Source: Vicinamibacterales bacterium
GTDB taxonomy: Bacteria > Acidobacteriota > Vicinamibacteria > Vicinamibacterales > UBA8438
Assembly (NCBI GenBank): GCA_965202655.1
Contig: CBDBBK010000002.1
Span: 884,685 to 948,684 of the forward strand
Reading direction: 5' to 3'
Length of the DNA: 64,000 nt
How positions within the stretch are numbered: position 1 is the first letter of the stretch; each line of letters starts with the position of its first letter. The translations under genes and the position numbers were made by a program. Below the pieces are notes generated by a model. That model ran no database searches. It saw only the letters and a list, made by a program, of their open reading frames with translations, and was not told where the DNA came from. Positions 18,374-28,100 of the stretch are shown one piece after another.

Positions 18374-19162
18374 GTGGACGCTGACCGCGGCATTCCCAGG
18401 GAGACGGATTGTCTCGCCGTCGGCACCATCCACAAGGGCAATCGCCCTTTGACCACTATGGACCAGTGGAGGTTGCGGTGTTTCGGTGGTGCGAAGCGAG
18501 GCCATTGGAAGGACGAGCGCAGCGCCAAAGAGAACGCCCGTGCCTGGCTCGATGCCGCGCCTCGCCTACAGCCGGACATCGCACAAGTCCTTGCCGCCTG
18601 TCGCGACATCGGGCCCCTGCGCCGGTGGTGCGCCGAGCCGGAAGCCCGCATCACGATAGACGGCTTCCGGGGACCAGCGAACATCGATCTCCTCGTCGTC
18701 GCCGAGGACGGCCACGGACCCGTAGTGATCGCTATCGAAGCCAAGGCAGACGAGACCTTTGGCCACGAACTTGCCGATCAGTACCAGCGTGCGCGCGCCG
18801 CACGCGAGTCGAATCCTCGTTCGATGGCAGTCGACCGGATCGAAGCCCTGCTCGACCGATTCGCCCTGCATATCGATGAACCCCACGTCCGGCGGGTGCG
18901 TTATCAACTTCTCACGGCAACTGCGGCCGTGCTTGCGGAGGCCAGCCGTCGGAATGCAGTGCGGGCCGTGCTTATTGTCCACGAATTCGTAACTCCCTCA
19001 ACGCGTCGGAAGAGACGCGAACGCAACGCCGCAGACCTCGACCGCTTCCTCGCCACGGCCCTCGATCATCAAGACCACGTCGGCCCAGGAGAAATCGTCG
19101 GTCCTGCTCACGTGTATGGAACTCCGAACCTCTATGTCGGCAAGGCGCGAACCGTGGTCTAG
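18374..19162 (+). CDS. Orphan PD-(D/E)XK nuclease-like protein (DUF6946-like)
   Basis: HWKDERSAKENARAW; EPEARITID.FRGPANIDLLVV...IAIEAKADETFG; RYQLLTA; VLIVHEF. Confidence 0.7.
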   Translation: MDADRGIPRETDCLAVGTIHKGNRPLTTMDQWRLRCFGGAKRGHWKDERSAKENARAWLDAAPRLQPDIAQVLAACRDIGPLRRWCAEPEARITIDGFRGPANIDLLVVAEDGHGPVVIAIEAKADETFGHELADQYQRARAARESNPRSMAVDRIEALLDRFALHIDEPHVRRVRYQLLTATAAVLAEASRRNAVRAVLIVHEFVTPSTRRKRRERNAADLDRFLATALDHQDHVGPGEIVGPAHVYGTPNLYVGKARTVV

Positions 19163-19163
19163 C

Positions 19164-19440
19164 TGTGATCTCTCGGTAGGTTGTTCATGCGGGCCCGATG
19201 CCCGAAGCTAATGGGTAACACCAAACCGTTAGCCAGGGAGAGGAACCCGCATGAACATCCACAAGTATGCCCGACTCACCCCGCACGGCCGCGAGGTCGT
19301 GGTACGCCGCATCCTGGAGGAAGGACTTCGCGTAGCGGAGGCGGCCCACGCCTCCGGAGTGAGTGTGCGCACCGCCTACAAGTGGCTCGCCCGCTACCGC
19401 GCGGAAGGCCCTCAAGGACTCACCGACCGCTCCTCGCGGG
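19164..19440 (+). mobile_element. IS481 (sensu stricto) left end and truncated transposase
   Basis: Left end TGTGATCTCTCGGTAGGTTGT preceded by TCTAGC (NCTAGN-type target); ATG 19251 MNIHKYARLTPHGR...GVSVRTAYKWLARYRAEG..GLTDRSSR, after which similarity ends. Confidence 0.8.
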
Positions 19441-19510
19441 TGAACATCGCTGCCATCCTCCCGAGCGAGAACGGACCCAGCGCCTGTCGCGCCCTCCTCG
19501 CCGCGCTGCG

Positions 19511-19692
19511 ACGCAGTAGTGCACTTCCGGAGAGCTGCGTGACAGTATTTACCGTTTGAATGGGAGAAAACGCATGCCCTTGAAGGGGGCGTCGCGTCGT
19601 GCACGAACGACTCGGCATCTCCCGAAGACCGGCTACAAGGTCAAGGATTATGGTCTGGAGGGCGATCGACAGCCGTCGGCGACCGTATCGGT
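19511..19692 (+). mobile_element. Second, more eroded remnant of the IS481-family element found at 6696
   Basis: Same ACGCAGTAGT...GTGACA...GCATGCCC start; AAGACCGGCTACA, GGTCTGGAG and CGACCGTATCGG blocks are shared with 6860-6940. Confidence 0.65.
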
Positions 19693-19763
19693 GGGCTGGA
19701 ATTACGGTCAAGGGCGACTTGAATCTACTTCGCCAAATCAAGTCGACGTCGAAAACGCGAAGG

Positions 19764-22343
19764 CTACTTCCCGGAAACTCTCGGTAGCGTGTGGAGCCTC
19801 GTTGCGGTTAAAGCCTCACCGATCTCCCTCGGCATGAGTCCGCTCTGCGCGTACGCACTGCTAATCTCCGCGACTGCTCGCGACGCCTCCGCCGTAGCAC
19901 CGAGACGAGAACGGAGTTCCCGTAGAGTGGCACGGACCTTAGCTCCTATCTCCCGCAGTCGATCCAACGGAACATACCGAAGATCTTCGGCCAGATCTGC
20001 AGCTGCGGAGTCTACACTGCTTCGCGGAGACGCGACGACCACAATTACGTCCAAACTGCCTGCTCGAATCCCGTCGTTCTTCACCCTTGTGCCGTGTGTC
20101 AGTGCCTGTCGAACGGTTTTTATCGACACTCCTCCTTCGGGCTTCTCGTCGCTCTTTGCTTCGAACGCAATCGCCAGTCTGTCACTCAGAGCCCAAACAC
20201 TATCCGGCTGGCCATCCCCCTGGGGTCTCCAAGCATTCCAGCCTAACAGCTGCCCCAGTAACGAGAGCGCTGGCTCAAACGTCTTGGCCGCAGTAGATTC
20301 TAAATTTGATTCAAACGCACTCATCTCCTTCTCGAAGTGCGGGCCTACGAATCCAAACTTCTCAAGCTGGCCATAAACGGCCTCCGCCACTCGCCCGTGC
20401 TCGACATCGTCGGGAAGTGGTGCGGACGACAAGCTACCTAGCTCGGCAAACCACGGTATAGATTTCGAGGCTCTTGCTGCCCGTTTGAATAGATCCCTCG
20501 CTCGTGATGCCAATTCGCACTGCTCGTCCCCCTTCGCCGCGAGCCAGGCCGCAATACCGGCATTGTAATACCAGAATGCGCGATACCCTTCTAGGTACGG
20601 CCCGCCAAGATCATCGGTGACTGCAGTAGCGCGCTCGAGGGCGTTGCCATAGTCCTGATTCCAAAGAAAATAAACGTAGTCGATCTCTGCATGCACAACG
20701 GCGGCAAGTTGCTGGGCTATGGGATCGGTAACTCGGTGCTTTGTTTCTCTGCGTGCGTTGATGTCGTCTTCCGCCGCGTCCCATTCGTGACTCTGTTGAT
20801 AGAACTGCCCGAGCAGCTCTAGCACCGCGGCTACCGACAAGTCTTCACTGTTGTCGATGCCGAATTCGAGTTCTGCTTGGAGTTCAGGATGCATGCAGGC
20901 GCGATTCTCCTGCTTCGCGCAGAACTCAAAAAGGCGACTGCCTGTCAGCAGTACGGCGGCATAGTCATTGGGACCACGCGTACATCGACCGACACCTTGG
21001 GTTAAGCGCGTTCTGAGACGGTCGCGTAGAAGAGATGTGGCGCGCAGCCGCGTGAGTAGAAACTGTTCCTGGAGGTTCACTCCACCAGGCAGATCGTCGA
21101 GAATAAGCAAACGGCATGCTTCACCGGGAAGATCGATTCCGTCGTATCGATTAGTGAGTACGAGGGCGGTTCTCTCTGATTGCGCAAAGGAGTCGACCGA
21201 CTCTTCGATATTGGAAGCCGTCATGACTTGGACCTTTGCCTTTCGAAGGCGGGTCGTGATTCTCTTTGCAACAAACGAAGTGGGGGTTAGTACAGTCGCG
21301 CGGGATGCTTGGGCTACCGTCTTGGTTTGCAGAGTATCGATGCACTCGGCGTCCATTGATCGGTTTGGCAGAATAAAAAACCGGCGGCCGGCGCTATGTC
21401 GCTCCCACTGTTTCGGTACGGGGATACGCGCGATCTTTCGAACTCCCATGATGCGCTCAAGTTCACCACCAGCGCCGAGCGTCGCTGACATATAGACGCG
21501 CTGCGTCGCCTCAGCGAAGGGTGCATGCCGCATTGTCGGTGGGCTTAACGGACGGATAAGAATCTCGCCCCAGCTAATGAACACACTGCACGCTTGGAGG
21601 GCTTCGCGCACCATGCGCCACGGGAACTTTTGGTTGTCCGTGAGCCGTTCTTCGAGCAAGTCTATCAAAGCCGAGAGTTGGCTCAATATTTTGGGAAGTG
21701 GAAGGAGTTCAACCTTGAAACGAACCTCCGGAGGAGGTGACGTCTCGAAAAGGGCGCGGCGGAACCATGGATCGAGATGCGCGCTGAACAAGTCAAGAAT
21801 GGCTCGGTATAAGTTATCGTGGTCGGCGCGCAAAATTCGAGGCGACCAAAGACCAGCTACATAGTTCTCCCCTGCGTGGGCGTCGTCTAACAGAATGGAC
21901 TGTGGATCGTTAAATTTAGGGTTTGTGTTAAACAGAGCACTGTATGTTGTTACGGCGATCACGGTACCTAGATGATAGTCGTTGAGGTCCTGATAGGTTG
22001 GGGGCAAGACGACGCGGGCACGGAGCCCATAGTCGCGAGCATGATCTGCGACTTGATGGACAAGTTGTCTGGTGGGACAAAGGTACAGGACTCTCTCACC
22101 TAGGCGGCGGCGGTATTCGGCGATGAGGAGCCCGACCAGAGTCTTGCCTGCGCCGGTTGGTAGTTCAAGTGCGACGTGTGGAGAGTCGGTGTGCGCAGTG
22201 TGGTAGGAGCGAATCAGATCGGCTTGATGAGCCCAGAGATGTTGAATTGAGTCGTCTCGCGGCTTGAGCTCCTGAAACAGGGCTTCGGCGTCGGGTGCGG
22301 CCACGGGTTGCGGAGTGACGGTCTTGAACTTGCGCTTCGCCAT
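19764..22343 (-). CDS. hna: SF2 helicase with C-terminal PD-(D/E)XK nuclease, Hna-like anti-phage protein
   Basis: Q-motif LWAHQ, PTGAGKT, YLCPTRQL, DDAH, SAT, YDGIDLP, QGVGRCTR; C-terminal QPDSVW...AFEAKS. Confidence 0.65.
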   Translation of the reverse strand: MAKRKFKTVTPQPVAAPDAEALFQELKPRDDSIQHLWAHQADLIRSYHTAHTDSPHVALELPTGAGKTLVGLLIAEYRRRLGERVLYLCPTRQLVHQVADHARDYGLRARVVLPPTYQDLNDYHLGTVIAVTTYSALFNTNPKFNDPQSILLDDAHAGENYVAGLWSPRILRADHDNLYRAILDLFSAHLDPWFRRALFETSPPPEVRFKVELLPLPKILSQLSALIDLLEERLTDNQKFPWRMVREALQACSVFISWGEILIRPLSPPTMRHAPFAEATQRVYMSATLGAGGELERIMGVRKIARIPVPKQWERHSAGRRFFILPNRSMDAECIDTLQTKTVAQASRATVLTPTSFVAKRITTRLRKAKVQVMTASNIEESVDSFAQSERTALVLTNRYDGIDLPGEACRLLILDDLPGGVNLQEQFLLTRLRATSLLRDRLRTRLTQGVGRCTRGPNDYAAVLLTGSRLFEFCAKQENRACMHPELQAELEFGIDNSEDLSVAAVLELLGQFYQQSHEWDAAEDDINARRETKHRVTDPIAQQLAAVVHAEIDYVYFLWNQDYGNALERATAVTDDLGGPYLEGYRAFWYYNAGIAAWLAAKGDEQCELASRARDLFKRAARASKSIPWFAELGSLSSAPLPDDVEHGRVAEAVYGQLEKFGFVGPHFEKEMSAFESNLESTAAKTFEPALSLLGQLLGWNAWRPQGDGQPDSVWALSDRLAIAFEAKSDEKPEGGVSIKTVRQALTHGTRVKNDGIRAGSLDVIVVVASPRSSVDSAAADLAEDLRYVPLDRLREIGAKVRATLRELRSRLGATAEASRAVAEISSAYAQSGLMPREIGEALTATRLHTLPRVSGK

Positions 22344-22401
22344 GTGTATCCAGTTGAATTGCGGGCGCCCAGTCGCTATTTAACGACAAGTCCTCAGGCT
22401 C

Positions 22402-25400
22402 CTACGGGGTCTTGACCGGCGGCGCCGGCCGCTGGGGCAGCGCCTTCGGGTCCTCCCGCATCATCCGCAGCACCTCTTCGACCGCCCGCTCGAGCTGCGG
22501 GTCCTGCCCCGCGATGACCGAGCGCGGGTCGTTCTCGACCTCGATGTCCGGCTCCACGCCGACGTTCTCCACCACCCAACTGCCGTCCGCCGCGTTGGTG
22601 CCGAACTGCGGCACGTTGACCGCGCCGCCGTCGATGAGCGGTCCGTGGCTGGTGATGCCGATGACGCCGCCCCACGAGCGCTTGCCGATCAGCGGCCCGA
22701 GCCCCGCCTCGCGGAAGCGGTAGGGGAAGATGTCGCCGTCGGAGGCGGAGTCCTCGTCGAGGATGCAGACGAGGTGTCCGTGGAACGCCACCGCCGGGTA
22801 GGTGTCGGGCGTGTCGTAGGTCCGGGAGAAACTGGTGCCGAGGACACGCCGGCCGAGGCGCTCGATCAGCATTTGCGAGACGTTTCCGCCGCCGTTGCCC
22901 CGGACGTCGATGACGAGTCCTTCCTTGCGGACCTGGCCGTAGAACCACTTGATGAACTCCTGGATCCCCTGGGCGCCCATGTCCGGCACGTGCAGGTAGC
23001 CGACCCGTCCGTCCGTCATCTCGGCCACCTTGCGCTGGTTGGCTTCCACCTCGGTCAGGTAGCGCAGGCTCCGCTCCTGGGTCACCGGCGTGTACGACAC
23101 CTCGCGCGCTCCGTCGAACGTCGGCTCCGCGTTCAGGGTGAGCCGGACGGGCCGATCCGCGCGGTGGCGCAACACCCGGTAGGGATTGTCCGACCCGAGC
23201 AGTTCCTCGCCGTCGATCGCGAGCACGTAGTCGCCGACGCGCGCGTCGATCCCGATCTCGGTGAGCGGCGACCGGTAGCGCGGCTCTTCGTTGTGCCCGG
23301 CGAAGATCTCGGCGATGCGGTAGCGGCCGGACTCGGCGTCGAGCTCGAAGATCGCGCCCGGCAGGGCGACGTCGGGACGGTCGGGCGCTTCCCAGTCGCC
23401 GCCCGCGATGTAGGCGTGGCTGACGTTGAGCTCCGCCACCATCTCGCCGATGACGTAGTTCAGGTCCGACCGGTGCCCGACATGCTCCAGCATCGGGCGG
23501 TACCGCTCGCGCAGCGCGTCCCAGTCGTAGCCGTGCATGTTCTCGACGTAGAAGAAGTCGCGGAACCGGCGCCAGACTTCGTCGAAGATCTGCTCCCACT
23601 CCTCGGCCGGCACCCGGTCCACCATCAGGCCGTTCGTCGAGACCCGCGTCGCGTCGCCGCCGCCCGCCGGATAGACGTTCCAGGCGCCTCCCTCGCGCAC
23701 CAGCACCTTCTCGCCGTCGCGCGAGACGGCGTAGCCGCCGATGCCGTCGGCGATCGTCTCCGTGTTCCGATTCGCGAAGGTGAACCGCCGGAGCGCCGGC
23801 TGAACGCTGCCGCCGCGCCCGTAGTACTGCGGACCGCCGCGGATGAAGAAGACGCCGTCGTTGGCGCCGCTCAGGCCGACGTAGTTGTCGAACGGAACCG
23901 GCAGCCGGACGACGCGCTGGGCGAGGCCGTCGAAGTCGATGGCGATGGGTGCGTCCTCGTCGTCCCCGTCGTTGTCCCCGCCTTCGTGCTCGTCGCCGGG
24001 CTCGTCCCCGTCCTCGTCGTGGCCGGCGTCGGAGTCCTCGTCCCCGTCGTCCGGCTCGTCCGCCTCATCGCCGTCGTCATCCGCGTCGTCGCCGGTCAGC
24101 TCCACCTCGTCGCTCTCCGGCGGCAGCGGGTGCTCCACGTCGCGGCGGAGCGCCAGGGCGTAGATGCCGGTCTCGCGATCGACGAGGTAGTTCCACTCGA
24201 ACGAGCCGAGTTGCGGCGCGAACTGCCGGTCGGACAGGTAGTAGAGGTAGTTCCCCTCGGGATCCCACGCCGGGTTCCATTCGTGGAAGTACTCGCCGGT
24301 GACCCGATGCAGCTCCCGATCCGCCAGGGTCCAGACGTAGATGGAGCTGAACCCGGTCGCGTCGGTCATCGAGAACGCGAGGTGTCCGCCGCGCGGCGAC
24401 CAGACGTAGTCGCGCAGCAGCCCGCGGGCTTCGTCGGCCACGTCGATCACGGCCTGTGTCTCGACGTCGATGACGTACAGCTTGCCGTCCTTGTCGCTGA
24501 ACGCGATGTGATCGCCGGTCGGCGACCACTCCGGCGTATAGCGCATCGCCTGGCCGCCGGTCGTGAGCTGCTCGGGCTCGCCGGAGCCATCCTGGGCGAC
24601 GAGGTAGATCTCGTCCTCGCCGGTCGCGTCCGAGACGTAGGCGATGCGCCGCCCGTCGGGCGACCAGCGCGCCCACTTGTCGTGCGCCGACGAGCTGCGC
24701 GTCAGGTTGCGGGTCGGGCCGTTCTCGATCGGCGCCGTGAAGACGTCGCCGCGCGCCACGAAGAGCGCGCGCTCGCCCTTCGGGCTGAGTTCCGCGTCCT
24801 CGATCAGGTTCGCCGCGGCGATGCGCGACGGCCGCCTGGCGAGGCCGTCGTCCGGCACGGTGATGGCGATGGGTCGCGACGTCCCCTCGTCGATGGTGTA
24901 GATCTCCAGCTCGCCGTTCAGCTCGTAGACGATGCGGTTGGCGCCGTCGTCGCCCGGCCAGCGGACGTCCCAGGTGTCGCTCTCCGTCAGTTGCGTCGTC
25001 TCGCGCGACCCGACGTCATACCGGTAGAGGTTGAGCGTGCCGTCCCGGTCCGACGTGAAGTAGATGGCGTTGCCGATCCACATCGGGTCGCGGTCGGCCC
25101 GCCGGTGCGTCGTCACCCGCTCGACCACATGGGTCTCGCGGTCGAAGATATAGAGTTCCTGCGCCCAGCCGCCCTCGTAGCGCTTCCACGTGCGGAAGTC
25201 CCGGAACAGCGGGGAGTAGACCACGCGGGTGCCGTCCGGCGACAGGTCGCCCGCGCCCGACTCGGGCATCTCCAGCGGGATCGGCAGCCCCCCGTTGGCC
25301 GACGCCAGGAACAGCCGGCTATCGGACAGGTCGGTGCTGTAGCGCAGTGACCGGAAGAGCACCGCCTGCCCGTCCGGCGACCAGTCGTAGACCTGGTTGT

Positions 25401-25764
25401 CGTAGCCCCAGCGCGGCGCGAGCGGACCGCGGGCGGGGTAGTAGGTGAGTTGCTGCGGCACGCCCCCGGTGGCCGGGATGACGTAGACCTGCTCGTCGCC
25501 GTCGTACTGCCCGGTGAACGCGATGCGGGATCCGTCCGGCGAGAACCGCGCGAAGAGCTCCAGCCCGGGATGGGCCGTCAATCGGGTCGCCTGGCCGCCG
25601 TCGGTCGGCGCCAGCCAGAGATCGCCGGCGTAGGTGAAGACCACGCGGTCGCCGTGGATGTCGGGGAAACGGAGCAGCTTCGTCTGGGCGGCGGCGGGAA
25701 CGACTGTCGCCGCCACCACGCCGACGACGCAGAGTGCCATCAGAAACCGGACTCGTGGGAGCAT
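22402..25764 (-). CDS. Tricorn protease homolog (S41 peptidase, PD40 propellers, PDZ)
   Basis: LLRFPDIHGDRVVFTYAGDLW; HVPDMG; IDVRGNGGGNVSQ; SASDGDIF; GKRSWGGVIGI; GVEPDIEV. Confidence 0.95.
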   Translation of the reverse strand: MLPRVRFLMALCVVGVVAATVVPAAAQTKLLRFPDIHGDRVVFTYAGDLWLAPTDGGQATRLTAHPGLELFARFSPDGSRIAFTGQYDGDEQVYVIPATGGVPQQLTYYPARGPLAPRWGYDNQVYDWSPDGQAVLFRSLRYSTDLSDSRLFLASANGGLPIPLEMPESGAGDLSPDGTRVVYSPLFRDFRTWKRYEGGWAQELYIFDRETHVVERVTTHRRADRDPMWIGNAIYFTSDRDGTLNLYRYDVGSRETTQLTESDTWDVRWPGDDGANRIVYELNGELEIYTIDEGTSRPIAITVPDDGLARRPSRIAAANLIEDAELSPKGERALFVARGDVFTAPIENGPTRNLTRSSSAHDKWARWSPDGRRIAYVSDATGEDEIYLVAQDGSGEPEQLTTGGQAMRYTPEWSPTGDHIAFSDKDGKLYVIDVETQAVIDVADEARGLLRDYVWSPRGGHLAFSMTDATGFSSIYVWTLADRELHRVTGEYFHEWNPAWDPEGNYLYYLSDRQFAPQLGSFEWNYLVDRETGIYALALRRDVEHPLPPESDEVELTGDDADDDGDEADEPDDGDEDSDAGHDEDGDEPGDEHEGGDNDGDDEDAPIAIDFDGLAQRVVRLPVPFDNYVGLSGANDGVFFIRGGPQYYGRGGSVQPALRRFTFANRNTETIADGIGGYAVSRDGEKVLVREGGAWNVYPAGGGDATRVSTNGLMVDRVPAEEWEQIFDEVWRRFRDFFYVENMHGYDWDALRERYRPMLEHVGHRSDLNYVIGEMVAELNVSHAYIAGGDWEAPDRPDVALPGAIFELDAESGRYRIAEIFAGHNEEPRYRSPLTEIGIDARVGDYVLAIDGEELLGSDNPYRVLRHRADRPVRLTLNAEPTFDGAREVSYTPVTQERSLRYLTEVEANQRKVAEMTDGRVGYLHVPDMGAQGIQEFIKWFYGQVRKEGLVIDVRGNGGGNVSQMLIERLGRRVLGTSFSRTYDTPDTYPAVAFHGHLVCILDEDSASDGDIFPYRFREAGLGPLIGKRSWGGVIGITSHGPLIDGGAVNVPQFGTNAADGSWVVENVGVEPDIEVENDPRSVIAGQDPQLERAVEEVLRMMREDPKALPQRPAPPVKTP

Positions 25765-25893
25765 CTTGCCTCCTGGTCACTGCGGGACTCGACCCTGCGC
25801 GTCCCGCGATCTTGAGACGATTACGTCAAGAGTTCAGACGATACGTCAAGCGGGATAGTTTCAGCACGCGCGGTGCTATGATGGCCGGCCAGC

Positions 25894-27165
25894 GTGCCTG
25901 GCGATTCTTCCCCTGTCGGCCGGCGCCGCTTCCTGCAGGTGATGGGCGCCAGCGCCGCGCTCGCCGCGAGCGGCGCGGGACGCGTCCACGCCGTGCGGCC
26001 GCAGGCCTCGCCCGACGTGGTGGTCGTCGGGGCGGGGACGTTCGGGATGTGGACGGCGCTGCACCTGCAGCGTCTCGGCGCCCGCGTGACGGTGGTCGAC
26101 GCCTACGGCGCGGGGAATTCCCGGCAGACTTCCGGCGGCGAGACCCGCGGGGTCCGGACGTCCTACGGCGACCGGCCCCACGGGCGGCACTGGACCGGCT
26201 GGGCGCAGAAGTCGATCGGCCGCTGGCTCGCCTGGGACGAGGAACACCGCTCCCGGCTGTTGCCGCGTCTCTTCTTCCAGACCGGGGACCTGATTCTGCG
26301 TGAGGAGACCAACCAGTACTTCGCGGAGACGCGCGGACACTGGGACGCGCTGGGCACCCCCTACGAAGTGCTCGCGCCGGACGAGGTGGTATACCGGTGG
26401 CCCTGGATCCGGTTCGACAATCTCGGCGTCGCCCTCTACGAACCGGGCGCCGGCGTGGTGCGGGCGCGGCGCGCCATCGAGTCGGCGGCGCGCGTCTTCG
26501 AGGACGAAGGCGGGACGATCCGGATAGACCGCGCCGAGTTCGGCGCGCGGAAAGGCCGCACGCTCGCTGCGCTGCGGCTCGCCTCGGGCGAGACCCTGTC
26601 GGCGGGGACGGTCGTCCTCGCGTGCGGCCCCTGGTTCCCGAAGGTCCTGCCCGAGCTGATGGGGCGGCGGATCCGCATCGCCATGGGGCACGTCTTCTAT
26701 TTCGCGGTGCCGCAGGCCGACACGCGTTTCTCCTATCCCTACATGCCAAGCTACGGCGTGCCGGGCTGCACCGGCTGGCCGGCCCTGCCGCCCGACCATC
26801 GGGGATTCCGCGTGCGCACCGGCGGCCGCCCGCCGGAGGATCCCGACTTTTCCGAGCGGTGGATAGCCCCCGAGTACCACGACCGTCCGCGCGAGATCCT
26901 GGAGCGTCACTTCCCGGACCTGGTGGGTGCGCCCATCAACGAGACGCGGGCCTGCCACTACGAGAGCAGCGTCGATCAGAACTTCATCATCGATCTCCAC
27001 CCGGATCTGGACAACGTCTGGCTGGCCGGCGGCGGATCCGCGGAGGCGTTCAAGTTCGGGCCGGTGCTCGGCGACTACATCGCGCACCGCGTCCTCGACG
27101 ATGATCGGGAGCCGGAACTGGCGGACGGCTTCCGCCTCAAGGAAGAGCAGTTCGAGTCCGGATAG
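25894..27165 (+). CDS. Tat-exported FAD-dependent oxidoreductase (sarcosine oxidase/DAO family)
   Basis: RRRFLQ twin-arginine leader; VVVVGAGTFG; GGGSAEAFKFGPVLG. Confidence 0.85.
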   Translation: MPGDSSPVGRRRFLQVMGASAALAASGAGRVHAVRPQASPDVVVVGAGTFGMWTALHLQRLGARVTVVDAYGAGNSRQTSGGETRGVRTSYGDRPHGRHWTGWAQKSIGRWLAWDEEHRSRLLPRLFFQTGDLILREETNQYFAETRGHWDALGTPYEVLAPDEVVYRWPWIRFDNLGVALYEPGAGVVRARRAIESAARVFEDEGGTIRIDRAEFGARKGRTLAALRLASGETLSAGTVVLACGPWFPKVLPELMGRRIRIAMGHVFYFAVPQADTRFSYPYMPSYGVPGCTGWPALPPDHRGFRVRTGGRPPEDPDFSERWIAPEYHDRPREILERHFPDLVGAPINETRACHYESSVDQNFIIDLHPDLDNVWLAGGGSAEAFKFGPVLGDYIAHRVLDDDREPELADGFRLKEEQFESG

Positions 27166-27202
27166 CTTGCTATCATGCGGCTGATTCACGGTCGCCTGAC
27201 CG

Positions 27203-28063
27203 ATGCCGCAAGACGCTGCGCCCCGCTGGCTGCGTGATCCCCTGCTGTTGGCCTTCGTGCTGCTGGGGGCGGCGGTGTTCGCCGTCGATTACTGGGTGGG
27301 CGACCGCGCGGACGAGCGCCCGGTCGTCGAAGTCACCCCGGATCAGGTAGAGCAGCTTCGCGCGCGCTGGACGGCGCAGTGGGGCAGGCCGCCGAACCCC
27401 ACGGAGCTGCGCGAGCTGGTGGACGAGGCGGTCGAAGAGGAAATCCTCTATCGCGAGGCGCAACGGCTGGGCCTCGGCCGGGACGATGCCATCGTGCGCC
27501 GCCGCCTCGCCCAGAAGCTCACGTTCCTCCTTGAGGACGCCGGCGATGCGGGGCCGCCGTCCGAGGACGAGATCGCGGAGTACTACGCGCGGGAGGCCGA
27601 GCGTTACCGGCGGCCGGCGCGGACGAGCTTCGACCATGTGTTTCTCTCCGGTGACCGCCGGGCCGACGCGGGGCGCGACGCCGTGGCCCTGCTCGACCAG
27701 GTGGGCGGTGACGGCGGCGACGACTGGGAACGGCTGGGCGACCCTTTCATGCTCGCCCGGTCCTACGCGGATCGGACGGATCAGGAGATCGCCGGACTCT
27801 TCGGAGCGGAGTTCGCACACGCCGTGTCCGAACTGCCGCCGGGCGACTGGCAGGGGCCGGTGGCGTCGACCTACGGCGAACACCTGGTGCGCGTGAATGG
27901 CCGGACGGCTTCCCGGGCGCCGGCGCTTGCCGAGGTGCGGGACCGCGTCGTCGCGGACCTGCGCCAGGAGCGCCGCCGCGACCGGAGCCAGGCCGGCTAC
28001 CGGGCCCTGCGGGAGAGCTACGAAGTACGACTGCCGGCGGAGAGCGCCGGCGAACCGAAATGA
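27203..28063 (+). CDS. PpiC-type peptidyl-prolyl cis-trans isomerase family protein
   Basis: RDPLLLAFVLLGAAVF; EEILYREAQRLGL..DDAIVRRRLAQKL; FDHVF; W.GPVASTYGEHLV. Confidence 0.85.
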   Translation: MPQDAAPRWLRDPLLLAFVLLGAAVFAVDYWVGDRADERPVVEVTPDQVEQLRARWTAQWGRPPNPTELRELVDEAVEEEILYREAQRLGLGRDDAIVRRRLAQKLTFLLEDAGDAGPPSEDEIAEYYAREAERYRRPARTSFDHVFLSGDRRADAGRDAVALLDQVGGDGGDDWERLGDPFMLARSYADRTDQEIAGLFGAEFAHAVSELPPGDWQGPVASTYGEHLVRVNGRTASRAPALAEVRDRVVADLRQERRRDRSQAGYRALRESYEVRLPAESAGEPK

Positions 28064-28100
28064 AACAGACGCGTCCCGGATGCGCGTGGGAGAGCCTGGA

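Larger units (their letters stand above)
6705..22401. other. Defence island (RM, McrBC, nucleases, helicase-nuclease, IS elements)
   Basis: Clustered restriction/defence genes, visibly lower GC and more A/T-ending codons than the flanks, several IS remnants, located between convergent host genes. Confidence 0.8.

Noticed and set aside
17900-18384. Possible frameshifted membrane-protein relic upstream of the orphan nuclease
   Set aside because: Plausible hydrophobic snippets occur in different frames, but there is no coherent model.
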